Counted from the first letter of the stretch, positions 1 through 9,224 are shown. The stretch: 64,000 bases of DNA from an uncultured bacterium (GCA_937895515.1 CALAYS010000157.1:12462-76461), one strand, 5' to 3'. Numbers and translations: made by a program. Notes: generated by a model from the sequence alone, not told the origin.

Positions 1-1251
1 AGAATTTTTAACTTGATTTAGTATTTCATCCAGTGTTAATTGGTCATGGGTAGTTGCTCCATGGGTTGGGGGATTAAATATATAAACATTACTTACTCCA
101 TTAAAAACATCATCATACCAAGACAAATTACCCCGATTACGCCAACCAAAAGTATGTGGCTCAAAAATACAAATAATATTTTTTGTAGGGTAGTGTAATT
201 TAACTGCACTAATGTCAGCTACTGCTTTGGCATATGATGAACCATAAGATTCAATTATTGGGATATCTGAATCAGAGACTTTTTTATCTAATCGGCCCTT
301 GACCCCGTGGCAAACCTTGATCGCGTTTTGAATTTGTATAGGGGAGACAAGGCCTTTTTCCAGTAGCATTGCAGATACACCAACAATGTTTAATATATTA
401 TGTTCACCTAAAAGAATAGTTTCAAGTTTAATTATAAATTCGCCATCTTTATATAAATCAAAACTAGCCACTGGGCCGTATGAAATATTTACAGGGTAAT
501 AATTAGACTCATCATTTAATCCATAACTAATTTTATTACAATTTGTAGTTTCTAGTATGCTTTTTATGTGCATACCGTCTTTTGCGTAAACTAAATAGCC
601 ACCATCAGGAATTAATTTTAATAATTCTTTGTATGGTAATAAATAACTTTCAACTGTTGGGTAAACATTAATATGGTCATGTTCACATGAAGTTAAAATC
701 ACATTTTGTGGATTGTAGTGCAGGAATTTAGCACTATTGTCAAAATTGGCAGATGGGTATTCATCGCCCTCTAGTACAAAAATATTTGAGTCAGATATTT
801 TACCAGAATCCGCTAAATCTATTGGTACTGCTCCAATAAAATATGATGGGTTTTTACCCGCATGTTCTAGTACAAAACTAGTTAGTGTGGTAATGCTTGA
901 CTTACCAAAACTTCCTGCGCAAATTATGGTGTCTTTGTTTTTAGTTAGTTGGTTTATAATTTGCGGGAAAGATACAACTTTTTCGGGTGTATTAAAAGCA
1001 TAGGCTACTTCGGGGTTAGATTCTGGAGTTAGTTTGGCATGTTTACCAATAACTATATAGTCCACATCCTTCGGGATATTCTCGGCCTTGTGACCAGTAT
1101 AAAAAGTTATATTGTGAGTAGTTAAATAGCCCAGCATTGGTTCGTAGAATCCTTCATCAGATCCAGTAACACTGTGACCCTGGTCTTTTAGCATTCCGGC
1201 CAGTGTGCCCATTGCTTTGCCACATATTCCTATAAAATGGTATTTGCTCAT
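1..1251 (-). CDS. Mur ligase family protein, Mpl/MurC-like; C-terminus runs off the window
   Basis: Absent from the ORF track because it is open at position 1. My minus-strand translation from ATG 1251-1249 gives MSKYHFIGICGKAMGTLAGMLKDQGHSVTGSDEGFYEPMLGYL...ICAGSFGKSSITTL...LEGDEYP. This is 417 codons with no stop and shows Mur-ligase N-terminal and central-domain motifs. Confidence 0.8.
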   Translation of the reverse strand, partial: MSKYHFIGICGKAMGTLAGMLKDQGHSVTGSDEGFYEPMLGYLTTHNITFYTGHKAENIPKDVDYIVIGKHAKLTPESNPEVAYAFNTPEKVVSFPQIINQLTKNKDTIICAGSFGKSSITTLTSFVLEHAGKNPSYFIGAVPIDLADSGKISDSNIFVLEGDEYPSANFDNSAKFLHYNPQNVILTSCEHDHINVYPTVESYLLPYKELLKLIPDGGYLVYAKDGMHIKSILETTNCNKISYGLNDESNYYPVNISYGPVASFDLYKDGEFIIKLETILLGEHNILNIVGVSAMLLEKGLVSPIQIQNAIKVCHGVKGRLDKKVSDSDIPIIESYGSSYAKAVADISAVKLHYPTKNIICIFEPHTFGWRNRGNLSWYDDVFNGVSNVYIFNPPTHGATTHDQLTLDEILNQVKNS

Positions 1252-1253
1252 AT

Positions 1254-2564
1254 TTAACGTTTAAAACCTATTAATCTATCTTGCATGGGTAAAATTATAT
1301 CATTAAATTTCATATTATCATCAGGTCCTTGCCAATTTGAACCCAAAGCAATATCAATTGCAGTTTTGTATCGGTTTTCGATATTAGGTAGTGCACCAGT
1401 TGTTAATGAATTAGTACGAACATTTGTTATGTCAATTGGTAATAAATTACTTTTAAGCCAAGTATTTTTATAATCAGTTAAATAAGTAGTTTGTTTAAAG
1501 CTTCCAAAACATTGGAATCCATTTAAAAAAGAAAGTATTGTGAACCCCATAAAAACCCCAGGACAAAATTGAGTATTGTTTAATTTTTCTATAAGCTTCT
1601 CGGGTGTGATGTATTCTTCATCAACCGTATTTTTTAAAATTAATTCATCAATATATGCTTTTACTTGTTTCTTGCCATTTTGTGAATCTACAACATCGTA
1701 AAAAAAATGAGCATCATTTTTCCAAACATCCATAATTTGCTTATGGAATTTTTCATCAAAAAACATTTTGTAAATAAAATGATCTTTATTTTTTAAAACT
1801 AAACATAAATAGTTTGAAACTACTTCATTTATATCAATATAAATTATTTTTTGATTATTAAATAATTTTTTACTAAATTCATTAGTACTGTTTACCATTA
1901 GTTTTGTAAAATCTGTATCACCATCTTTATATTTTAAATAGTCTTTTGCTGGGCTAGTTAAATATGGGTAAATTTTTTTAAATGATTCTGGTATTTGCGA
2001 CCGGTAAACTAATTCATCTCTTTGTGTATTTTCATATAAAGAAAGTCTATTATATTTTTCATCTTTTACATCGCGTAATCTATCTTGTTGGCGCTTTTTA
2101 AAAATATTATAATAAATACTTTCTTCATTTATAACATCCTTAAAATCTCTATTTATATTCCAGTATAATACAGCTGGGTATGAATCATTTCCAAAAGGAA
2201 TACCTGAAAAAGTTCCGACAATATAATAGGTATCAATTGGAATAGATTTTAAGGCTATGGAATTTAAAGTTAATGATGGTACAGAGGTTGAATCTAGTAA
2301 CCCAGTATGAGGTCCAGTTTGGATAGTTCTATGTTTTTTTATTGAATCTATAACTTCATTCCAAATATTTTCATTTACACCAACTCTTTTAAATTCTTTT
2401 TTAAAAGCCTCGATTAATTCTGGCTCAAATGGGATATCAGTACTGTAAGACCAAAGATATTTACTATACTGTGCAATAGTTAAATCACCACTGTTTTTTA
2501 TAACATTGGCTAGTGTGTCTTTGCCTTGAGACAAAAGGGTATCAATAAGTTCTTTAATTTCCAC
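1254..2564 (-). CDS. hypothetical protein (436 aa)
   Basis: Long ORF with a GTG start at 2564-2562. Its stop lies 3 nt before the Mur-ligase ATG, so the two are probably co-transcribed. No family recognised by eye. Confidence 0.6.
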   Translation of the reverse strand: MEIKELIDTLLSQGKDTLANVIKNSGDLTIAQYSKYLWSYSTDIPFEPELIEAFKKEFKRVGVNENIWNEVIDSIKKHRTIQTGPHTGLLDSTSVPSLTLNSIALKSIPIDTYYIVGTFSGIPFGNDSYPAVLYWNINRDFKDVINEESIYYNIFKKRQQDRLRDVKDEKYNRLSLYENTQRDELVYRSQIPESFKKIYPYLTSPAKDYLKYKDGDTDFTKLMVNSTNEFSKKLFNNQKIIYIDINEVVSNYLCLVLKNKDHFIYKMFFDEKFHKQIMDVWKNDAHFFYDVVDSQNGKKQVKAYIDELILKNTVDEEYITPEKLIEKLNNTQFCPGVFMGFTILSFLNGFQCFGSFKQTTYLTDYKNTWLKSNLLPIDITNVRTNSLTTGALPNIENRYKTAIDIALGSNWQGPDDNMKFNDIILPMQDRLIGFKR

Positions 2565-2570
2565 AAAACT

Positions 2571-2579
2571 AATATATCA
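2571..2579 (-). promoter_or_regulatory. extended -10 (TGaTATATT) 6 nt upstream of GTG 2564
   Basis: Lies inside the 20-bp palindrome; spacing matches the other leaderless-type promoters. Confidence 0.4.
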
Positions 2580-2591
2580 TATATGATATAT
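2572..2591. repeat. perfect 20-bp palindrome ATATATCATATATGATATAT (copy 1)
   Basis: Identical to 55688..55707. Sits between divergent promoters. Confidence 0.9.
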
Positions 2592-2600
2592 TTTTTCTAT

Positions 2601-2629
2601 TTGATAAATGTTACAAATTTTGTTAAGCT
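2601..2629 (+). promoter_or_regulatory. promoter TTGATA-N17-(TGt)TAAGCT for tRNA-Val
   Basis: The -10 ends 10 nt before the tRNA 5' end. Confidence 0.5.
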
Positions 2630-2639
2630 ATTTTTGTAA

Positions 2640-2712
2640 GCGCGGTTAGCTCAGTTGGTAGAGCGCGTCATTGACGTTGACGATGTCACAGGTTCGACTC
2701 CTGTATCGCGCA
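2640..2712 (+). tRNA. tRNA-Val (anticodon GAC)
   Basis: Hand-folded cloverleaf: acceptor GCGCGGT/ATCGCGC, D arm GCTC-AGTTGGTA-GAGC, anticodon stem CGTCA/TGACG with loop TTGACGT, T arm ACAGG-TTCGACT-CCTGT. 73 nt; CCA not encoded. Confidence 0.93.
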
Positions 2713-2953
2713 CATTAGGCTTAATCCCAATACTGTGTCATAAAACAATATAGCTTGCTATTTGTCAAATATAAGCGCATAGTTAAAAGGTAGCAAAAGT
2801 ATCCTATCAAAGAACGTATATTGGACTCGTTTATATTAAAGAGTCGGTTGTAATTGTATAAAAAATTATAACGTAAAAGTATCTAGAAAATATGTTTTGG
2901 AAAATGAGATTTGTTTCAGGCTCTTATAAATAAATCTAATAAAATTAAATACT

Positions 2954-3580
2954 ATGAAAAAAATAAATATAATTGCAGTTATGGCTATGATGATGGTTTT
3001 ACCATTTATCTCTTCTGCCGCAACTCTTACTCGCGAACTAGAAAAAGGTATGTCAGGATCTGATGTATCAACTTTACAAACATTTTTAGCTACTGATTCA
3101 ACTATTTACCCACAAGGTTTAGTTACTGGCTATTTTGGATTTTTAACAAAATCAGCTGTTTCTAATTTTCAAGACCGTAATGGTATTGCAACTGTAGGAC
3201 GTGTTGGACCAGTTACACTAGCTGCTATTAATTCACAAATGAATGGTACACCTACAACATTAGTTGGTGATGGTGCCCCACTTATTTTAACTAATAGTGT
3301 ATCAACTGGTGCTAATACTGCTACAGTTTCTTGGGCTACAAATGAATTATCAAAAGGAGTAGTGTATTACAGTAATGTACCACTTACAACTTATGAAAAT
3401 ACAAATTCTGTAAATGTTAGTGGATCTGTTGCTATGACAGATGTAAATATGCATTTATCACAAACTGTTTCAGTTTATGGTTTGCAAGCAAATACAACAT
3501 ATTACTATATGATCTACACTACAGATCAATCAGGTTATGTTAGTGTTACATGGCCAGCAACATTTAAAACAACAAACTAA
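2954..3580 (+). CDS. secreted protein with a peptidoglycan-binding (PG_binding_1-like) domain and an FN3-like domain
   Basis: N-terminal signal peptide MKKINIIAVMAMMMVLPFISSA. GSDVSTLQTFLA...GYFGFLTKSAVSNFQ resembles the PG-binding repeat. C-terminal ATVSWATNE...TTYYYMIYTTD resembles FN3. Confidence 0.7.
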   Translation: MKKINIIAVMAMMMVLPFISSAATLTRELEKGMSGSDVSTLQTFLATDSTIYPQGLVTGYFGFLTKSAVSNFQDRNGIATVGRVGPVTLAAINSQMNGTPTTLVGDGAPLILTNSVSTGANTATVSWATNELSKGVVYYSNVPLTTYENTNSVNVSGSVAMTDVNMHLSQTVSVYGLQANTTYYYMIYTTDQSGYVSVTWPATFKTTN

Positions 3581-3595
3581 ATTTAAAATATTTTT

Positions 3596-3626
3596 AAAAA
3601 ACCATCAGCTATCTGATGGTTTTTTA
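3596..3626 (+). terminator. intrinsic terminator
   Basis: ACCATCAG-ctat-CTGATGGT followed by TTTTT. Confidence 0.8.
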
Positions 3627-3639
3627 TGTTTTATAAGTA

Positions 3640-3648
3640 TGCTACAAT
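3640..3648 (+). promoter_or_regulatory. extended -10 TGcTACAAT, 6 nt before ATG 3655
   Basis: Follows terminator 3596..3626. Predicted TSS coincides with the A of the ATG. Confidence 0.6.
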
Positions 3649-3654
3649 CCGAAT

Positions 3655-4035
3655 ATGAAATTTATTCCGGTTACAAATCCAGATGGTACTAATGGCAGTC
3701 CTAAATTACCACCAGAGATTAAAAATTATCTCATTGATATTGATGGGACTATTTGTGAAGATATTCCTAATGATGAGCCCGAGAGAATGCCTGGTGCTAG
3801 TGAACTTATTGGGGCAAAAGATAAAATAAATAGTTTATATAACAGTGGACATATCATAACTTTTTTTACTTCACGGTTAGAATCCCACCGCACTGTTACT
3901 GAAAAATGGTTAGAAGATCATGGTTTTAAATATCACAAAATTATTATGGAAAAACCCCGTGGTGGAAACTATATTTGGATAGATGATAGAGATGTTGAAG
4001 CTATTAAATTTACGGGTTGGGATAGTATAAAATAG
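3655..4035 (+). CDS. small HAD-superfamily phosphatase-like protein
   Basis: DxDGT motif (LIDIDGTICED) and a late acidic motif (IWIDDRD); 126 aa. Confidence 0.5.
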   Translation: MKFIPVTNPDGTNGSPKLPPEIKNYLIDIDGTICEDIPNDEPERMPGASELIGAKDKINSLYNSGHIITFFTSRLESHRTVTEKWLEDHGFKYHKIIMEKPRGGNYIWIDDRDVEAIKFTGWDSIK

Positions 4036-4056
4036 CTTTTAATTTGTATTTAAATC

Positions 4057-4065
4057 TGTTAATAT
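4057..4065 (+). promoter_or_regulatory. extended -10 TGtTAATAT, 6 nt before ATG 4072
   Basis: Motif and spacing. Confidence 0.55.
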
Positions 4066-4071
4066 CGTGAG

Positions 4072-4842
4072 ATGGAAAATATTCAAGTAATAATACTGGC
4101 TGGTGGAAAAGGCAAAAGAATGGAAACAGTAGTACCAAAAGTTTTGGTGCCTTTTCATGGTAAACCAATGGTGGACTATGTTATAGAATCCGTTAATCAT
4201 AGTGGTATTACTAACAAGCCAATACTGGTTGTTGGGTATGAGGCAAATCAAGTAATTGACCACGTTGGAGATAAAGCTAACTTTGTTACTCAGACCGAGC
4301 AACTAGGCACCGGCCATGCTGTAAAATGCGCCCAAGAAGCCATAGGTGCCAATATAGAGCATATTTTAGTACTTTATGGTGATATGCCTAATATCACAGG
4401 TGCAATGATAGCTAACCTGGCTAAGACTCATTTAGACAATAATAAAAACCTAACAATGGCAACAGTTAATGTTCCTGAATTTGGTTCATGGTATAGCTCA
4501 TTTTTGGGGTTTGGTAGAATTGTGCGCAGTGCTAGTGGTGAGATAGAAAAAATCGTTGAATATAAAGATGCAACTGACGAAGAAAAGGAGATTAAAGAAG
4601 TTAACCCAGCATATTTTTGTTTTAAAAAAGATTGGCTATTTTCTAATTTAGAAAAAGTTAAAAATGAAAATGCTCAAGGTGAATATTATTTAACTGATAT
4701 GGTTTATTTAGCTAAAAATGAGGGGATTGCATCAGTACATATTTCACCCGAAGAAGCACTTGGTGTAAATACAATTGAGCAACTAAGAGAACTAGAAAAT
4801 ATAGTTCAAAAACCAAAAGGCAAAGATCAAAATTTAAATTAA
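4072..4842 (+). CDS. sugar-1-phosphate nucleotidyltransferase, GlmU N-terminal-domain-like (no acetyltransferase domain)
   Basis: ILAGGKGKRM...PKVL, QTEQLGTGHAV and VLYGDMP motifs; 256 aa. Confidence 0.75.
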   Translation: MENIQVIILAGGKGKRMETVVPKVLVPFHGKPMVDYVIESVNHSGITNKPILVVGYEANQVIDHVGDKANFVTQTEQLGTGHAVKCAQEAIGANIEHILVLYGDMPNITGAMIANLAKTHLDNNKNLTMATVNVPEFGSWYSSFLGFGRIVRSASGEIEKIVEYKDATDEEKEIKEVNPAYFCFKKDWLFSNLEKVKNENAQGEYYLTDMVYLAKNEGIASVHISPEEALGVNTIEQLRELENIVQKPKGKDQNLN

Positions 4843-4855
4843 AAATTCTTAAAGT

Positions 4856-4884
4856 AAAAAATCCGGAAAATGTCCGGATTTTTT
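4856..4884. terminator. bidirectional intrinsic terminator
   Basis: AAAAA-ATCCGGA-aaatg-TCCGGAT-TTTTT between convergent genes. Confidence 0.8.
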
Positions 4885-4948
4885 ACTAAAACTTTTTAAC
4901 CTTTGGATTATACTTTTGCATTTTGAATTTTAACATTTGAATTTGAGC

Positions 4949-5890
4949 CTAGTGCCCAGTGTGAATATATTGGTATATGTCTTCAATGGCTTTGACTGCG
5001 TCACCAGCAGCAATGTTGTTTTGATGATAAAGTCCGTTTGTAACATCTCCTGCAGCCCAAATACCCAGTGTATTTGTGCGTTGATTCATAGGGTTAGTCA
5101 CGACATTATTTGTTGGAGTTAGTTCTACTACATCTTTAACAAAATCAGTATTTGGAATTTGGCCAACTTCAACAAATATTCCACCAGTCGGTATAGTTAT
5201 AACTTCACCAGTTGATTTATCTTTATAAGTTAATGAATTTACAAACATTTCTCCATCTACACGCATAATATCGGCATTCATTATGGCTTTGATATTTGGT
5301 TTTTCTAAAGCTTTTTCTACAGTTATTTTATCAGCTTTAAATTCAGCGTTACGATGAATGATCGTTACACTTTTACAATATGCAGATAATTGCAATGCTG
5401 ATTCTATACCAGCATTACCACCACCAATAACAATTACATCTTGCCCTGAGAAAACGGGTCCATCACAACTAGCACAATAAGTTATACCTTTGTGCTCAAA
5501 TTTATCTGCATTAAGAGCATCTAGTTTACGGCGATTGGATCCTGATGCTACAAGTACTGATTTAGTATTAAAAGACTTAGAATTATCAGTTGTTACAGTA
5601 AAAGTATTGTTAGAATTTTTTGTAATACTTGTTACTTTTTCGCCTTCGATTGAATCCAAATATGGGCCAACATAAGATAGAGCATGATCTTTTAAGTCAC
5701 TTGCTAATTTATGTCCAGCAATTTCTTTGGTACCAATCCAGTTATAAATAGTTTCAGATACTTGAGATTGTCCACCCCATTCACTAACTATAATTGCAGT
5801 TTGTAGTTGTTTACGCACTGCATAAACAGTAGCAGCTGCACCAGCTGGACCACCACCAATAATTACTAAATCATAAATTTTATTTTCCAT
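4949..5890 (-). CDS. trxB: thioredoxin-disulfide reductase
   Basis: IIGGGPAGAAA FAD motif, redox CASCDG, second GGGNAGIESA NADPH motif; 313 aa. Confidence 0.92.
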   Translation of the reverse strand: MENKIYDLVIIGGGPAGAAATVYAVRKQLQTAIIVSEWGGQSQVSETIYNWIGTKEIAGHKLASDLKDHALSYVGPYLDSIEGEKVTSITKNSNNTFTVTTDNSKSFNTKSVLVASGSNRRKLDALNADKFEHKGITYCASCDGPVFSGQDVIVIGGGNAGIESALQLSAYCKSVTIIHRNAEFKADKITVEKALEKPNIKAIMNADIMRVDGEMFVNSLTYKDKSTGEVITIPTGGIFVEVGQIPNTDFVKDVVELTPTNNVVTNPMNQRTNTLGIWAAGDVTNGLYHQNNIAAGDAVKAIEDIYQYIHTGH

Positions 5891-5897
5891 AAAAATT

Positions 5898-5906
5898 ATT
5901 ATAGCA
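5898..5906 (-). promoter_or_regulatory. extended -10 TGcTATAAT, 7 nt before the trxB ATG 5890
   Basis: Motif and spacing; downstream of the ftsZ terminator. Confidence 0.6.
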
Positions 5907-5919
5907 TAGACTTGGTCTT

Positions 5920-5973
5920 GTTAAAAATTAAACAAAGAAGTCCGACCTCATGCCACATGAGAGGTCGGACTTC
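5920..5973 (-). terminator. ftsZ terminator
   Basis: Perfect 13-bp stem GAAGTCCGACCTC / GAGGTCGGACTTC with an 11-nt loop. T-rich tract follows on the minus strand. Confidence 0.75.
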
Positions 5974-5989
5974 AGGAAAACAATTTAAT

Positions 5990-7207
5990 TTATCTTTTAT
6001 TTCTTCTTAGGAAAGCTGGCACACTTGACCAATCGTCAGTTCCGGCATCTTCACCAATAGTGTCGTCAATTATAATATCTGGAGTTTTTTCAACATTTAA
6101 TTTTGTAGAAATAGAATTATCATTTTGACTAGCTAATGCTGCAGGAGAATTTTGAGTATCGTAAGATGAACTACTGCGGACTACTTCTTCATTGCGGATA
6201 ATTGGTGTTTGTTGAATAGTTGGAGTTGAGTTCATTGAACGCTTTGGCATGTCAGTAGGGAAACCAGTTGCAATAAGAGTAATTTTAATTTCATGTTTGT
6301 TTAGTTTATCATCTCTTATCATTCCAAAGATAACCTTTGCATCTTTGTCAACATTTTGAGTTATAAGGTTTGCAGCTTCGGATACTTCATGGATTGATAA
6401 ATCATCTCCGCCGGCAATAGCAAGTAATACTCCTTTGGCACCACTAATTGATAGATCAAGCAGTGGAGAATTAATAGCTTCCATTGCGGCTTTGGCTGCA
6501 CGTCCTTCACCGGCTGCTCGTCCAATACCCATTAGAGCTGATCCAGCATTTGCCATAACAGCGCGAATATCAGCAAAGTCCACATTAATCATTCCAGGTG
6601 TTGTGATAAGTTCTGAGATGCCTTCTACTGCTTGGCGCAAGATTTCATCACACATTGCAAAAGCATCTTTAAATGATGTATCTTTTGGAGCAACAGAAAG
6701 AATTCTTTCGTTAGGAATAACAATGATTGCGTCTACTTCTTGTTCAAGATCAGCAATACCTTTTTCTGCTAAGCGCATTCGTTGAGCACCTTCAAAGAAA
6801 AATGGTTTTGTAACAACAGCTACAGTTAGTATGCCTTGTTCGCGAGTAGCTGCAGCAACAATTGGACTAGCTCCAGTTCCTGTACCACCACCCATTCCAC
6901 AAGCAATAAATACCATGTCGGCACCTTTGACAGCATCTTGGATTTCAGCTTTTGTTTCTTCGGCTGCTTTACGACCAATGTCGGGATTCATACCAGCACC
7001 AAGACCACGGGTAAGGTTTTTACCTAAATGGATTTTCTTTTCAGCTAGAGATTTGTGTAAATCCTGAGTATCAGTGTTCATTGCAATAAACTCTACTCCT
7101 TTCACTTTGGATTCAACCATGTGATTAAGAGCATTATTACCTGAACCTCCGACTCCGATAACCTTAATACGAGCAAATGTTTCTATTGGTGTGTCAACCT
7201 TGGCCAT
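5990..7207 (-). CDS. ftsZ: cell division protein FtsZ
   Basis: GVGGSGNNA and GGGTGTGASP tubulin signature; disordered C-terminal linker. Confidence 0.97.
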   Translation of the reverse strand: MAKVDTPIETFARIKVIGVGGSGNNALNHMVESKVKGVEFIAMNTDTQDLHKSLAEKKIHLGKNLTRGLGAGMNPDIGRKAAEETKAEIQDAVKGADMVFIACGMGGGTGTGASPIVAAATREQGILTVAVVTKPFFFEGAQRMRLAEKGIADLEQEVDAIIVIPNERILSVAPKDTSFKDAFAMCDEILRQAVEGISELITTPGMINVDFADIRAVMANAGSALMGIGRAAGEGRAAKAAMEAINSPLLDLSISGAKGVLLAIAGGDDLSIHEVSEAANLITQNVDKDAKVIFGMIRDDKLNKHEIKITLIATGFPTDMPKRSMNSTPTIQQTPIIRNEEVVRSSSSYDTQNSPAALASQNDNSISTKLNVEKTPDIIIDDTIGEDAGTDDWSSVPAFLRRNKR

Positions 7208-7238
7208 AACTTAGAATAAATTAATGTATAACTTCCCA

Positions 7239-7247
7239 ACTATAGCA
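7239..7247 (-). promoter_or_regulatory. extended -10 TGcTATAGT for ftsZ (31-nt gap to ATG 7207)
   Basis: Motif in the ftsA-ftsZ spacer. Confidence 0.45.
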
Positions 7248-7297
7248 GAACATAGCCATTATGCCAAATATGTTATACCCCTTTACTTTTTTAAAAT

Positions 7298-8488
7298 TTA
7301 AGGCATTAAATCATGCAAAAAAGATTTGATTTTAGGAAATATTCCATTCCCATTAGAATTATTTTTAGTTTTTACTATCCCATAATCATTTTGATCGTAA
7401 GCACACAAACCATATGAGACAATCCATGATACATCACGAATGCGAGGTTTCATTTGTAGTAAATGTTCGGGTATTCCAACACGAGTTGGTAGTCTTAATG
7501 TTGATCGTGCTAATGATTCTATTTGTGCAATGTGTGAACCACCACCAGTGATAACAATTCCTGCTGGAAGTAGTGCATCACGATTTATTTTTTTTAAATG
7601 TTTTTCAATAAGCTCAAAAATGTCGCGAAGACGGGCTTCGATAATTTCAGATAATTTTCTTTCAGAATGAGCACCAATTGAGCGTCCTGTTTTTACTAAT
7701 TCAGCTTCTTCAATACCTATTTTTAATCCTAGTGCAATGTCTTTAGTAAAATCAGATCCACCAATAGGGAAGACTTGGAGTGACATTGGTAACCCGTGTT
7801 CATAAACAATAATAGAAACAGTCTCTGCTCCAATGTTCGCCAGCATAACACCATTTTGTCTTTGACTTTCGGTTAATGCTACTTTTGCTGCAGCAATAGG
7901 GGATGCGACAATGTTTTCAACTTCAATACCTAGTTCTGTAAATAAATCCATCATGTCGGTTAAATGTTGAGCTAAACAAATTACAAAAAATACTCGAACT
8001 TCGATTCTGTTTCCACGCATGCCTAGTGGGCGACCCATGACTTCTTTGCCATCAATTTTGTACATTAATGGAATAGTATGCAGGACTTCACGGTTAGTTA
8101 AGTCAATTTTTTTATGAGCTTCGGCAATTGCTTTTTCTAAATCACTATCGTTTATTAAATTATCAGTACGAGTAATAATTGTCTCGCCAGATGTTGTTGC
8201 AGAATTTACACTAATTCCACCAAGAGATACATTAACTTTGGTAACCTCGATATGAGATTGTTCTTTGAGTTGGTTAAGTAAAGTTTGGATAGTATTTTTA
8301 GCACTTTGAATATGAGTAATGTATCCACTACGAAGACCCATTGATTCACAAGCCCCAACAGCCACAATTTCAGGAAAGTCTGCTTCTTCGCTTTCATGAT
8401 GCAGACTAACAATAGCTCGGGCAGTATTAGTCCCAATATCAATTCCTATTGTATAATCTGGTTGTTTAGCTCTTCCTAGTATTTTCAT
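7298..8488 (-). CDS. ftsA: cell division protein FtsA
   Basis: Actin-fold motifs GIDIGTNTARA and ITGGGS; located immediately upstream of ftsZ. Confidence 0.9.
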   Translation of the reverse strand: MKILGRAKQPDYTIGIDIGTNTARAIVSLHHESEEADFPEIVAVGACESMGLRSGYITHIQSAKNTIQTLLNQLKEQSHIEVTKVNVSLGGISVNSATTSGETIITRTDNLINDSDLEKAIAEAHKKIDLTNREVLHTIPLMYKIDGKEVMGRPLGMRGNRIEVRVFFVICLAQHLTDMMDLFTELGIEVENIVASPIAAAKVALTESQRQNGVMLANIGAETVSIIVYEHGLPMSLQVFPIGGSDFTKDIALGLKIGIEEAELVKTGRSIGAHSERKLSEIIEARLRDIFELIEKHLKKINRDALLPAGIVITGGGSHIAQIESLARSTLRLPTRVGIPEHLLQMKPRIRDVSWIVSYGLCAYDQNDYGIVKTKNNSNGNGIFPKIKSFLHDLMP

Positions 8489-8909
8489 TTTTTGTTTTTT
8501 TATTTGAATACATCTTTTGCAGAATTTTTCTTTCTAACTCTTCCATTGTACTACTATGTGGCATTCCTTTCAAATGCAAGCACCCGTGGATAAACAAAAA
8601 AACTAAATAAGTATCAAAATCCATTTCAAAATCCGGAGCTTGTTTCTTGGCGGTAGGGAGGTGAATAAAAATTTCACCGTTTTGTTTCGAATAAGGGAAA
8701 GACAAAATATTTGGGGTATAGTCTTTGTCTCGATATTTTTTATTTAAATCAGTGACTGTTTTTTTATTAGCAAAAACTAAAGATAAGGTGTATTTTTTGC
8801 CTAAAATATGGTCTTTAATAGCAAGAAAAGGAAGGTTAAAATCCTTCCTTTTCTTTTGAGTTTCTAATGCAGACTGAAAAATTATTTCTAGTGTGTCACT
8901 ATTTAGCAT
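8466..8909 (-). CDS. ybeY: rRNA maturation endoribonuclease YbeY
   Basis: HGCLHLKGMPH matches the HGxLHLxGxxH zinc motif; 147 aa; overlaps the ftsA start by 23 nt. Confidence 0.85.
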   Translation of the reverse strand: MLNSDTLEIIFQSALETQKKRKDFNLPFLAIKDHILGKKYTLSLVFANKKTVTDLNKKYRDKDYTPNILSFPYSKQNGEIFIHLPTAKKQAPDFEMDFDTYLVFLFIHGCLHLKGMPHSSTMEELERKILQKMYSNKKTKNENTRKS

Positions 8910-8914
8910 AATGC

Positions 8915-9178
8915 TTAGAATGATTTTCTAGCACCACGAATTGGCTTAGGTTTAATTTTACCTAATTTCTTTAGTTTTTCGATTTCTACACGTTTTGTTA
9001 AACGCTTTAATGTACTAACTTTTGTAGCTAGTTTTGATTTAGCGCGTTCGTTGTATCTTTTACCTCGAACTTTTGGAACGATTGCTGAATCTTGAACTTT
9101 CCGTTGAAAACGGCGAAGAAGTGATGCGCCGGATTCAGTGCCAGCTTTGGTTACTTCTACTTGGTATGTTGTACTCAT
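8915..9178 (-). CDS. rpsU: 30S ribosomal protein S21
   Basis: Small basic protein. SLLRRFQRKVQDSAIVPKVRGKRYNERAKSK resembles the S21 core. Confidence 0.7.
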   Translation of the reverse strand: MSTTYQVEVTKAGTESGASLLRRFQRKVQDSAIVPKVRGKRYNERAKSKLATKVSTLKRLTKRVEIEKLKKLGKIKPKPIRGARKSF

Positions 9179-9224
9179 ATATGTTTATTAATATAGCACA
9201 TTATAAATATAATGCAAAGCCATA

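Noticed and set aside
737-1003. 88-aa plus-strand ORF.
   Set aside because: It is antisense to the Mur-ligase CDS (1..1251, minus strand), which has clear family motifs across this region.
6435-7067. Antisense ORFs inside ftsZ (6435..6785, 6831..7067, 6836..7027). Similar antisense ORFs occur inside dnaK (28143..28493, 28629..29177, 29253..29564, 29701..30243), dnaJ (30537..31480 set), typA, prfA, the atp genes and others.
   Set aside because: They lie opposite strongly conserved, motif-bearing genes. Their translations are low-complexity (A/S/P-rich), typical of the reverse frame of real genes, and they have no promoters or homology signals.
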